Positions 13,061 through 24,433 of a stretch of 64,000 bases of DNA are shown piece after piece. Source of the DNA: Callorhinchus milii (lineage: Eukaryota); contig NW_024704743.1 of the NCBI RefSeq assembly GCF_018977255.1, positions 38,938,001 to 39,002,000 on the forward strand, in the 5' to 3' direction. The first letter of the stretch is position 1. Every line of letters starts with the position of its first letter. The notes under the pieces were generated by a model. That model was not told the origin of the DNA. It made no database searches and saw only the letters and a program-made list of their open reading frames with translations. The position numbers and the translations under genes are program-made.

Positions 13061-13739
13061 TCCTTAGCCTCCATATTAAGTGGGCATTGCAGTGCGTACT
13101 GGTAATAAAGTTATTAAAATGTTTTTTTATTTATAGCCAGAATCAGATCAGTGGATAGAAATAAAAATCCATTGGCACCAATTATAACAGCTGCCACTGG
13201 TACCAGTGGCATTTTGTTCCACATAAAAGCACCTCGCAGTAACATTGCTATAGTGCCAGCATTTGTCACGAACAAACACAACAAATTCTTTCCAAACTCC
13301 AGTGACAGTCCATAAACAATGAACCCAAACCGCACCACCGGGAGAAATGCTGAGCTTAGGAAGTGGAAACTATAGTTTTGCAATAACCTACATTTAAGAG
13401 TATAAAAACACCATTCCAGGCTCAATGGGTCAATTCACCTCCTCCTACCCTGTGATTGATATCTTTCACATGGATTTATAAAAGGCATCTGACCGAGCGG
13501 TTCAAGTCAAGTGGAGCAACTGAATATTTTATAGCCAAACGGTAGCCAATTTCCACACAACAGTAAATATGTGATGATATGCAAATGTCATAGTGCATCA
13601 TGTTGCATCGATGAGTATGTGCCTTTTGGGAACTTGTTTACTGTGTTCCATTTATGTACATAGACAGATATAGTTAACCAACTAAGTGCAACTTTAATAG
13701 TCATTTGTCCTTGAGCTCACAATAATGATGATTTGTGTG

Positions 13740-14182
13740 TCAGCCTGGTCCAGTAGTAGCAGTCTCGCCTCTGAGTCAGAAGGTTGTGGGTTCATATCCC
13801 ATCTTGGTACTTGAATTCACATAGTACAAGCTGACACTCCAATGCAGTGCTGGGAGTGGCGGGGTGTTGAATTGTCAGAGGTGCAATCCTTCAGCTGAGA
13901 TGTTAAACCGAGGTCCCATCTGCCTATTCAGCTGGACGTTAAAGATTCCAGGGCACTATTCGAAAAGTGAAGGGAGTTTCTCCCAGTGTCTCGTGTCCTG
14001 GCCACAATCCACTGAATACAAATTGGTCACTCACTCTATGGCTGTTTGTGAGACATCGTTGTGCGCAATTGTACTGCTATATTTGCCTACAAATACGCAG
14101 TCACACCACTTCACAGTAATTCCTGTGAAGCGCTTTGAGATGACCTCTGAGTTACCAAATGCAAGGATTATTATCATTATGA
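13740..14182 (+). mobile_element. Near full-length DeuSINE (SacSINE1-like)
   Basis: tctcgcctctgagtcagaaggttgtgggttc head; gagatgttaaaccgaggtcccatctgcc...tggacgttaaagattcc...ggcactattcgaa central domain recalled from Deu-domain SINEs; L2-type tail. Confidence 0.8.
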
Positions 14183-16038
14183 TTTAAACATCACTTCAAT
14201 AACTACTGTACTGATGCGGTATGTTGCTGTACTGCTTTGCTCCAATTATCTCTTTGATGTTATACCTACAACATCACAGATTCAAATTTTATCAGGTATG
14301 CAGATACAACAACAAGTTACATTTGTATAGCCATTTCATGTTGGGAGGCCATCCTAAGAGGTTGGACACTTTAATATGCGTAACCTCATTTGTAGTTGTC
14401 AGGCAACCTGTAATCGGTTTTATTGGTGGTTACACATAGCTAACTAAGCACCTGTAACTCCCTCTGTACACATGCACTTACACAGAATGAACACTTGCAA
14501 AGCAGACCTCCAGGGGTTAACAATATAGCACACATGGAATTTCATTCAAAACAATTCTGATAAAAATCTCATAAACTTTGACAAACATTTTGTTGTATTT
14601 TGTTTTGAACCCGAGTTCTTCCAAATTATGGGGATCTCTGCTTTGGAAGCTGCAGTTCTTACCCAGCCTCATCGCCCTCATTGCCGAGGAGCAGATGACC
14701 AGGGTGGGGTTGAGGTTTCCTTCAACTCTTTTGGTAATAAATGGCTCACTTTGTGAATCAACCATTCGTTAAGCCCACTTGTTGCTACAACAGAGCTGAG
14801 CAACGATCTCATCTCTGTGGCACCTTCTGGGACCAAAGCTTAAAACGTTTCCATGGCTGTAAATTTAAACAGTAAAAAGGAATTACGCTAAACTGCTTTA
14901 GAATATTCTCAGAAATTGCTTGCCTTTCAAAAATCTGTTTATTGTATCTCATCATTCTGCAGTAATGGCTTCCAGCTACATGCTATCTTCATATCAAATA
15001 CAACAAGCGTAATGCAAAGCCCAGTGAGTCTCACAAAAAACAGACTCACTAAACTGTAGCAATCTTCATCTCCAGGAGGAAAAGACTAGATTTAAGGTAA
15101 TCTTTCAGTGCATATATAATTTTAAAGGAAACATATTAGAAATTTAAGTGAACATGTTATCCTAAAGAAAAAGTATTGGAAATCCTGACCTTTCTCTGTA
15201 TTTTAATGGCATCAATAGTAGTGTCAATGATTACAGTCCTGTGGCATGATCTTTCTTTTCTCTCTACAATCAGCAATCTAAACTCTCAAGACCTGGTTGA
15301 GTTATTGTCTGCAAACAAAATCATATACTAATGGGCCTCTGTTGGTTACAATCCATTTTCCTTCTCAGCAATACTAGCGCCGTATCTTATTGTTTCGCAG
15401 CCTATCCAGGGTTGGAGACAGGTTGTATGTATCCCAGAGAATTGCAAAGAGAATATGTGGTTTTTGAATGTTGAGTTTATATCTGGAACAATGAGCCAAA
15501 TCTTCCGATTTGGATTCTTTTCGCACATCATCGACGTGCAGATATGCAGAGTACAGGTAACCAGGAAGTACCGCACCTGATTATACTGCAGTCTACAATT
15601 CAAATGAGGCATTCTTAATGAGAACTGTGCATCTGAACAATTCTCTGATTGTGGAGTTCACATTCCTGTCCTGTAGGGACCTGCTTCTCCTCAGTGCAGG
15701 GAACATTGTTGCTTTGAGATATCTTGACAATGTGATAAGGCGATGTATCAAATGCAAGGATTAGTATCTCCTGGCAGAAAATGAAGAACTAATTTTACAC
15801 CCAAGTACCTCAATTTGCACAGTCGTTTCGATAATGCCGTTCAAGGCTGCAGCAAAAACAGGACACATCCACATTACAACCTGCCTTAGGGGAAACTAAA
15901 GAGCTGCTTCCACGTAGCACAACACAATAGAAACAGCACCAGGTTACAGAAAAAGCACACAATATAAATAATTCCCCGCATCTTTCAACACTGATAAGCA
16001 ACTTCTGTGGTCTAAAAAAGGGAGTAATAGTTTTTAAA

Positions 16039-16274
16039 CAAAACACAAAATACTGGAGGCTGGAAATCTGAAACAAAAACAGAAGTCGCAGGCAACGCTC
16101 AGCAGGTCAGTCAGCATCTATGGAGAAAGGAAAGCGAGTCAACGTTTTGGGTCTACGACTCTTCGTCCAAACTGTTCTGACAAATAGTTGTGGACCTGAA
16201 ACGTTGACTCACTTTCCTTTCTCCATAGATGCTGCCTGACCTGCTGAGTGTTGCCAGCGACTTCTGTTTTTGTT
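16039..16274. mobile_element. Fold-back non-autonomous Penelope-like element with decayed hammerhead motifs
   Basis: ~100-bp inverted arms 16072-16172 / 16174-16274, a 33-bp one-sided extension, and a 12-bp TSD ATAGTTTTTAAA (16027-16038, 16275-16286). Confidence 0.8.
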
Positions 16275-17579
16275 ATAGTTTTTAAATACCTGATTACTGA
16301 CATGAATACCCAACAGTAACCAGCATGCAAATGCGGCTGCAGGTGGAAAAGGACTTTAGGTAAAGGAAAACATTACAAATAGGATGCAATCACATCCAAA
16401 TAAAAGCTTAACATTTACCAAGCCATTGTTAGGTGCTCAATTATTCCATGAAGGTCCACAAAGGGCCGTCTTCATTTGGACTGATTTTGTGTGACCCCAA
16501 CAGACAATATGAGTACAGCAATATCCCACGAACAACCATTAAGTGAATGATCCAACTTTGATCTGAAGGAACTGTTGGCCAGGACACCAGGAAAAACTCC
16601 CCTTTTCTTTTTGAATAGTGCTATAAGGCCTTTAACAGCCAACTGAACTAGTTTGCCATTTCATATGATAGATGGCACCTCTGACAACACAATGCTCCTG
16701 TAGCATTTGATGGGGATGGAAGGAAGAGAGAGAGAGAATAAAAACTCTCGATAAAAACTTTCCTTCACTGCAAAAAATGGGGACAGTTAAAGCACTGTGA
16801 GATCTCTCTGTGTGAGAAAGTGCTAAAATAATGCAAATTCTTGCTTTTTAGACCGTTTGCTTCTGGCAGCTGCAGTTGATGGCATTGATAGTTATTTTAT
16901 ATTGATGGCTAATAACTATGATCTTTTCGCTCTACCATCGGTGACCAAGCTTTCCATTCTATACCCCTCACCTCTGGAACTCCCCCACTCAATTCCTCCA
17001 TCTCACTGCCCCCACCTCCTCCTCTCCCCGTCCTGTCTTGAAACATAACTCTTCAACTGTACTGATGGCCACCTCCTTTCTCCCCTCTCCCCTGCCCCTT
17101 CGCTTGGCATCCGCCCTGCCATTGTAAAGCGCTTCAAGACATTACTCTACATGAATGACACTACAGAAATTTGTACAAGTTGTTATATAACAGGAAATGC
17201 TTTTGATAAAGGCTTGACAAAAACAACCGATTTTCTATTGGAAAACCAGTTCCTTCCTGGTAGATGGTTTTATAGCTGGTAACTGGAACTAAAATCTAAG
17301 AAACCAAATCAATTACAGTATCTGCAAATGTTTAAATGACCCAAAAAACAAATGCTAGTAGCTAATGGATTTCCAGCTCATTTCTATCAAACACAGAAAC
17401 ACAAAAACAAACTTGAGGTTTGTATTATTGTTCAAAAATAAACCGGCTGTCAAGATTGCATTAGATATCATTTTGGGAGCATGAGTATATTTTGGTTTAT
17501 AACAATCAGCATTGGCATGAGCATATTATATCCGAGTTTCTTGGGGTCATTGAGACAGAGGTGTGGAACTGAACAAATA

Positions 17580-17684
17580 CAGTGGAGCCCTGCTATAAGG
17601 TCAGGCAAAATCTCATGGGGCACAACATACCTGCCTTATAAATAAACAAGTGTTAACAAAGCGTGTTATAACGGGATTTCAGTG
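17580..17684. mobile_element. Tc1/mariner (Tigger-like) MITE remnant
   Basis: TA|CAGTGGAGCCCTGCTATAA ... TTATAACGGGATTTCAGTG imperfect terminal inverted repeats. Confidence 0.55.
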
Positions 17685-17769
17685 TTCAAGTTAGAATCTT
17701 CTGCTGGACTAAATGAATCTATTGTGTCCTTGTTGCATTTCACAAGATTGGTCTGGGTGAAGAAGGCCC

Positions 17770-18215
17770 TTCGGCTAAGGAGAAGGATGGGGAAGAAGAT
17801 AACAGAGAGATAACAGGTGCCAGGGCACACTAGTGAGAAGTGCATTGGAAGAATCTAGTTGGGCAGCAATAAAGATGTAAATTAGGGTTGGGGGGCATTT
17901 GGCATGAGATGGGCAATGTGGTAAGGTGAAGAAAATCAATTTTGGACAGGAACCAAATGAGAGCTCAGGATTGAACAAAATTCCAAAGTTCAGTATGTTT
18001 GAGCTAGACGCCAGGGAGTCTAAGGAAGTCTCAGCTGGAAGTGAGAAGACATTGTATGGAGCAGAGGAGGATGTTCCCATCTTGTTCATGTTAAGCTCTA
18101 GGAAACTGAAGCTCATCCAGGTCTTGATGTCTGATAGGTAAAGGACAGAACATTAGTGGATTTTGAATCAAGGGCAGAAGTAGAAAAGAAGATTTGGGTG
18201 TCCTCCAAATACAAT
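17770..18215 (-). mobile_element. Old L2 LINE fragment
   Basis: NFGILFNPELSF and QLDSSNALL remnants. Confidence 0.7.
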
Positions 18216-19350
18216 CAGAAGTTAGCTGAACACCAAGGAGAGTGCAGATAAAGTACAGGAAATATCTTCAAAATGTTTTGAAACTGTAACAACAGATGGC
18301 AGCTAGGATCAGAAAACATGGGAGTTTCATTTGTTTTTTTGTCCTTTTGAAATGGCATCCATGTGCTGAGTTATTTTTATTTCTATATGTAACCTTTTAA
18401 AAAAAACTGCACATTTCACTAATTTTTTTAACAAATTGCGGCATTTATTAGAAACGAAGGATCTGCAGAATGTAGAGGGCTTGGGCCAAAACATGGGATT
18501 TTACTGCAGTCCTGAAACTGCCAGTGAATCTAACACGTGCCCTGATTGTGGAGTTACTTCTCAATGCAAAACCCATTGAATAAAAATAGACCTCAAAGAT
18601 AAGACATTGAATTCTTGAGAACCAGATTTTGCACTCTTCTCTACATTATAAGGAATTTATTTCCCTCTTCGCATGGTTCCATAATCTTCCAAATCTTCTA
18701 CTCTTTACTGGAGGAAAACAAAGCTGATTTGGTTGTGGACTTGTAGATTGAAACCCAAAAGATTGGGGGCTGGGAATCAGAGGATTTCCTCAAACTCAGG
18801 CCACTTGACAAACAAGAGGATAAGTTTGAGGTTAAGCTGCAATTGCAGTCAGTAATTTGATGGCTACTGTTCTGCACAGAAAAGTACCCAACAAGTAAAA
18901 GGCTGCTTCTAAAGCATACCCCTTACACCCCCACCCCCATAACACTGAAGCTGGGTTAATCATAATAAATTTGTTCTAGTACAATAGGTTCTCAGCATGC
19001 CTGGCTTGTTTAACTAATTTTCCTTTAAAGTTTGATATGCCATTTTCAAATAACTAGTGAAGGGTTATTTTCTTTGAACGGATGGGATACCAGTTACATC
19101 TCTGATCATCTAATGGATACTGGCATGCCATTGTGTACACTGCAAAACAAACAAGCGAATGAGATACCATTATCCACTCCAAATGCCTGATCAGATCAGG
19201 ATGGAAAAAATAGCTTATGGTGACATGTCACATTTTAAAAAGGTCTTTTTCCATTATATGTTCCATGATATAGGTTACAATAAATTTAATTATGACCATC
19301 TTTAATTACAGTCTCTGTGGCCATCTTTTAAGGATCAGTACAAAGACACC

Positions 19351-19372
19351 GGGGGGGGGGGGGGGGGGGGGG
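19351..19372 (+). repeat. Poly-G run (22 nt)
   Basis: Seen directly. Confidence 0.9.
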
Positions 19373-21419
19373 AGGGGTTTGCCGGGGGAAAAGAAGTGAA
19401 CAGGCACATGGGACCTCAGTTTAAAGTCTGATTTGAAGAACAGTACCACCAACAAAACAGCAACCAACCACCCACCCCCGCCTCCGCCAGCAGATAGAAG
19501 CCAATAGCTTGAGCCAAACTAGCATCTGGTATCCAACAGAGTATGAGCATATCAGTCTTCCGTGTAGTCTCACCTGGGGGGTGGGAGAGAGATTAACATG
19601 TTGTTGGGTGCAGAGCTAGATAAAACTTTATGCTGAATTTCTTTGCTTGATATCTGACTGGGATCATCAGTGCTTTGTGACAGAGTACTGTCACTTTGTT
19701 GGGTACTGCTCCACCCTCACCTCCTCAAATCAGAATATTAGACACGGGCAAATTCAGGGAACAATTCCGGCATGTGTAATGGAAATCAGAGCAGTACACA
19801 GCTGCATTGTGAAGGTTCTTTCTGGTGGTTTTGAAGTATGCAAGACAGAGAGTAAAATAAGAATCTTGGCATACACTTTATCTTTCCTTATGCCAAAAAG
19901 AGAAGTTGCATCTTTGAATCTCGTTACACTAAAATGTCTCAAAGCATTTCACATGTAATTACTGTCAAGTGGATTGACTGCAAATTGACATGAGGTAAAG
20001 GGACAATTGATCTGGAGGACTGATTATTGAACAGACTATCTGAATACCCAGAAATGAGAGTGCGACCAACTGAGTCAAAGTGACCCTTAAAATTAAATAA
20101 AAATGGAGGCAAGAGTGATATAAGAGAGAGCTCAGCGAATCACAAGATCTGAGAGATTTGAGAGAGACAGAATGTGAATTGAGAGTGAGTACTGAGGACA
20201 GAGACAGAATAGTCGAGAGCGAGTAAGAGAGAGCGCAACATTTCTGCTTCAGTAACTATTTGCAGGAAAATCAGGACCCACAAGATTTAAAAAGCACTAA
20301 AGTCTGATGTTGCAAAGTGGCTTGCATGGTTCTGATTGCATCAGCTTCCTTGTTCAAGGTGCCCATTTTAAGGAGAAGAAAATCATGTGAAACAAAGAAA
20401 GAGCACAACACTGCGAGATAAGGAGCAAGTGAAAAAGAGAGCAAGAGCGTTAATTAGAAAGAACTTAAGACACTTAGCTCTCATGCAAAGAAAAATTTCC
20501 TGAATGCTTACACAAAACAAACAAGATTGGAATTGTTTACAAGCCAAACTGAATACGAAAGGTTACACTGTCTCCTGTGGGAAACAAAACTATTTTTAAT
20601 GTCAGCTATCTTCATTCAACAGATTCATGTTACTCAACTTTGGAACAGGTCCACAAGATAGGGCAGATTCATTAACACTACCAATGCCATCTGTATTTGT
20701 ACTCATCCACCATTGGTCGCACTTCCTCATTGCAGGGAAGAATGCAAAACATGTACAGTGTACCAGGGAACAGGGAAATTAGGAAAACAGGGAAAAAGCT
20801 TATTGTTCTTTACTGGTATTCAAATAATTATTTAATAATTATTTGCTAGCAATGAAGAATAAATAGTAATAGATTATTTTTACTAGCTGATAAATTAGTA
20901 ACAAGATGGACTCAAATTTAAAACAATAGCAAAATAAATTAAATTGGAGGTGAGACAAAAAATGTTTGGCTGAATTATGGAATTCTCCCACAAAATATAC
21001 AGTCAATTCATTTTAAGGAATATTCTGTGAAGCGCTTTGAGACGTCTTGAAGATGTTATAAGGTGCTATATCAAATCCAAGTATTATTTATTATTCTCTG
21101 CCACAAACTAATTATTTTCAAAGGTGACTGAATAAATGTTTTTAAAAAGAGGAATATTAAATGGTTGATGGAGCGAGAAAGAGTGTGATTGGCTTAAGTG
21201 GGTCATTGTAAGAAAAATACCAATGCAGACTTGATAGGCTGAATGCCCTATTTCTGTCATGTAACGTTCACAACATTTGAGTTCAAAATGAAGGGCATAA
21301 ATAACAACAACTTACATTTGTATAGCGCCTTTTACATCGGGAGGATGTCCCATGGTGCTGGACAATAAGGGATTTGGACCTGAGCAGAGTGTTGGGATCA
21401 GGAAGGGTGGAGGGCAGGG

Positions 21420-21758
21420 TAATAATAATAATAATAATAGTAATAATCCTTGCATTTGATATAGCGCTTTTCACGTCGGGAGGACGTCCCAAAGCGCTTC
21501 ACAGAACACACACTGTAAAGTGAATTGACTGTATATTTGTGGGCGAACGCGGCAGCCAATTGCACACAGCAATGTCCCACAAGCAGTCGTAGATTGAAAA
21601 TGACCAATTTATTATTGATTTTGGTTTTTTTGGAGGGATTATTATTAGGCTCTGTGTGGAGTAAGGAAACTTGCCCAAGGTTTCGCCCTCTGCCTGGAAT
21701 TGAACTCAGGTCTCTCGCTTGCAAAGCGAGTGCTCTAACCACTGAGCTACAGGACTCC
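21420..21758 (-). mobile_element. Full-length tRNA-derived SINE, short subfamily, next to an L2 tail (21303-21419)
   Basis: Reverse complement of ggagtcctgtagctcagtggttagagc...caaggatt(att)n. Confidence 0.9.
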
Positions 21759-21904
21759 GTATCCTTTCTACCACACATACGTTCCTGATCAGGACTCTTT
21801 TTTTCCACCTGTCACATTGCCCGCCTCCATCTGTCCACTGTAAAGCTCTCCGAGACGCTACCCCGTATGAAGGTCACTAGATAAATACAAGTTGTTGTTG
21901 TAGG

Positions 21905-22250
21905 GGTAGCAGGGTGACGGTCGAACGCGCGGTCGAACAGAAAGGTCTTGAGATGTGCCTTGAAGGACGCAAGGGAGAGAGCAAGCCGAAGGGACTGTAG
22001 TATGGATGGTGATGCTGCCAGTGTGTGGGTGCTGACAGGAACTAATCAGGAGGGCCTCGATCTTGTTGACATTCAACTGGAGAAAGTTAGCTCTCATGCA
22101 GGACTGCTTCTGTGCTGTGGGCAGCATGGAAACCCGATTGGAGGGATTCGTAGAGGGAGTGGTGGGAGAGGAAGGAGCGAAGCTGGGAAGCAATGCTTCG
22201 TTCCAGGACCTTGGAAAGGGAGGTTGGAGATGGGGTGGTAGTTGTAGAAG
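21905..22250 (-). mobile_element. Internally deleted L2 fragments
   Basis: ANFLQLNVNKIEALLI remnant joined to a more upstream ORF2 piece. Confidence 0.7.
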
Positions 22251-22520
22251 ATACAAGATAGCCAGCAGCAGATCTAAAAGGGTGTTTAGGAGGAACTTAT
22301 TTACTCTGAGGGTGGTGAGAATGTGAGACTCATTTCTAGAAACTGTGGTTTAAGCAAAAAGCATCAATGTATTTAAAAAGAATTGATGCATACATGAAGG
22401 AGAAGGGAATAGAGAGGTATAGAAGACTAGAATAAGAGGAATGGGAACTCATGGAGTATAAACAACTGCATGGCTAGTTGGGCTGAATGAGCTGCTTTCA
22501 TGCCGTATCATTCTATGTAT
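22250..22520 (+). mobile_element. CR1 LINE 3' fragment
   Basis: RRNLFTLRVVRM...; ttgggctgaatg...ttctatg tail. Confidence 0.7.
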
Positions 22521-23199
22521 TTTTATGCATCTCGTACTTGTTCCCAGAAAACACACTGGAGCAAACCCTGGTACAAAAAACAACATACTTTAACACAATT
22601 CTACACAATCTTAAATTTTGAGACAAAATAGAAAAAATTGCATTTGAAATAGAGCCTTATCACATCGTCGAGGTTTCTCAAAGTGCTTCACAGGATATAC
22701 TGTATAAAGTAAAGCGAGTGTATTTGGTTTGCTAATGATCTTACAGGTTCAGACTAGATAAAATGTTGGATCTTTGGAGTCAAAGAGGGCCATAGATAGT
22801 TGAATAAGAGTGTTTTAAAAACATATTTTTGTAACGTGATTATCGTAGTCAAAAAGCTAAAAATAAAACTGACTGAACCAGAAATAGAAAAACAAATGTA
22901 AGAAAAATACAGTGATTACAATTAATTTACTTTTATTACTGCAACTTGGGTTTGTTTCAGCATTGCAGGAAGTCAGCTGAAGAGACATAGAGCGAGAGAA
23001 AAAGATAAAACATACCAAGTGAGCCTGGCCTCAATGGGTAAAGTTTGGACTGGGAAAGAAATAAAAATCATTCCCAGGAAAAGTTAATCTGAAAAATGTT
23101 GCAATGGTGTTTGGGATAATAATCCTTGCATTTGATATAGCGCCTTATCATGTCTTTGAGACGTCTCAAAGCGCTTCACAGAATCTACTGTAAAGTGAA

Positions 23200-23425
23200 A
23201 CAAAAACAGAGAGAGCTGGAAAACTCAGCAGGTCAGGCAGCATCTATGGAGAAAGGAAAGTGAGTCAACGTTTCAGGTCCTTCGTCAGAACAGATCCCGT
23301 TCTGATGAAGGGTCGTGGACCCAAAACGTTTCCTTTCTCCCTGGATGCTGCCTGACCTACTGAGTTTTTCCAGCTCTCTGTTTTTGTTTCAGATTTCCAG
23401 CATCTGCATTATGTTGTGTTTTGTA
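23200..23425. mobile_element. Second fold-back Penelope-like element, opposite orientation, nested in a SINE tail (23117-23460)
   Basis: Inverted arms ~23196-23291 / 23299-23391, right-side extension, and direct repeat TACTGTAAAGTGAA at 23186-23199 and 23426-23439. Confidence 0.8.
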
Positions 23426-23509
23426 TACTGTAAAGTGAATTGACAGTACATTTTGTGGGATAGGTTTGAATTAATCAGAAAATGTAGCAATAGTACTTAG
23501 ATCTTTGAC

Positions 23510-23735
23510 CCCACACTCTGGCACTCTGTGGCACAATCCCTCTGCCGTACCCCTCTCTTGAAGAAGTTCCTCTTTGACTATGCCTTTGGCCACTTTACCT
23601 CCCCCATGCCACCCCTTCACTCCACCCCCTGATCCGAACTCCCAGTCCCACGTCCAAAAAACCCTGATTGTCCAGCGACCTGGGGCGTCTTTCCGAAGTG
23701 AAGGGCACTATACAAGTATAATTTGTTGTTGTTGT
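23510..23735 (+). mobile_element. L2 LINE 3' end
   Basis: ctttgactatgcctttggcc...gtgaagggcactatacaag...(GTT)n. Confidence 0.7.
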
Positions 23736-24134
23736 TAGCCAGGTTACAAAATGGTGGGATCAGAGGGCTGAACAATCCCCCAAATAAAAATTGTCATTTA
23801 CTTCATGGCTATTTTGGGGACACTGCTGTGTGCAAATTGGTTATTGCAATCACCCCCAATACACACAGTCACGCCACTTCACAGTACATCTTGTGAAGCA
23901 AAAAGGGAGAATTAAGGACGCTGACCCAAATTATGGATGTCCTCCTGATATCATGTCCTCCCAAACTAAATGTAAGGATAATTATTATGTTTCTATTTAC
24001 TGAAGCAAAATTATAAAATAGGGAGGGATTCCATATGCTCCTGTGTAACTATCCTTGCATTTGATGTAGCGCCTTATCATGTTTTCGAGACGTCTCAAAG
24101 TACTTCATAGAAAATACCGTAAAGTGAAATGCTA

Positions 24135-24433
24135 GAGTCCTGTAGCTCAGTGGTTAGAACACTCGCCTCGCAAACGAGAGACCTTGTTTCGATTCCCGGC
24201 AGCGCAAAACCTGGGCAAGTTTCCTTTCTTCACACACCTGATAATAATCCTTAAAGAAAAAAACCCAATAATAAATTGGTCACTTCAATCCACGACTCTT
24301 TGCAGGACATGCTGTGCGCAATTGGCTGCTGCGTTTCACCCACATGTCAATTCACTTTACAGTATATTCTGTGAAGCGCTTTGAGACGTCTAGAAGATGT
24401 GAAAAGCGCTATATCAAAATACATCATTATTAT
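24135..24433 (+). mobile_element. tRNA-derived SINE, short subfamily
   Basis: gagtcctgtagctcagtgg head; gacgtctagaagatgtgaaaagcgct tail. Confidence 0.85.
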
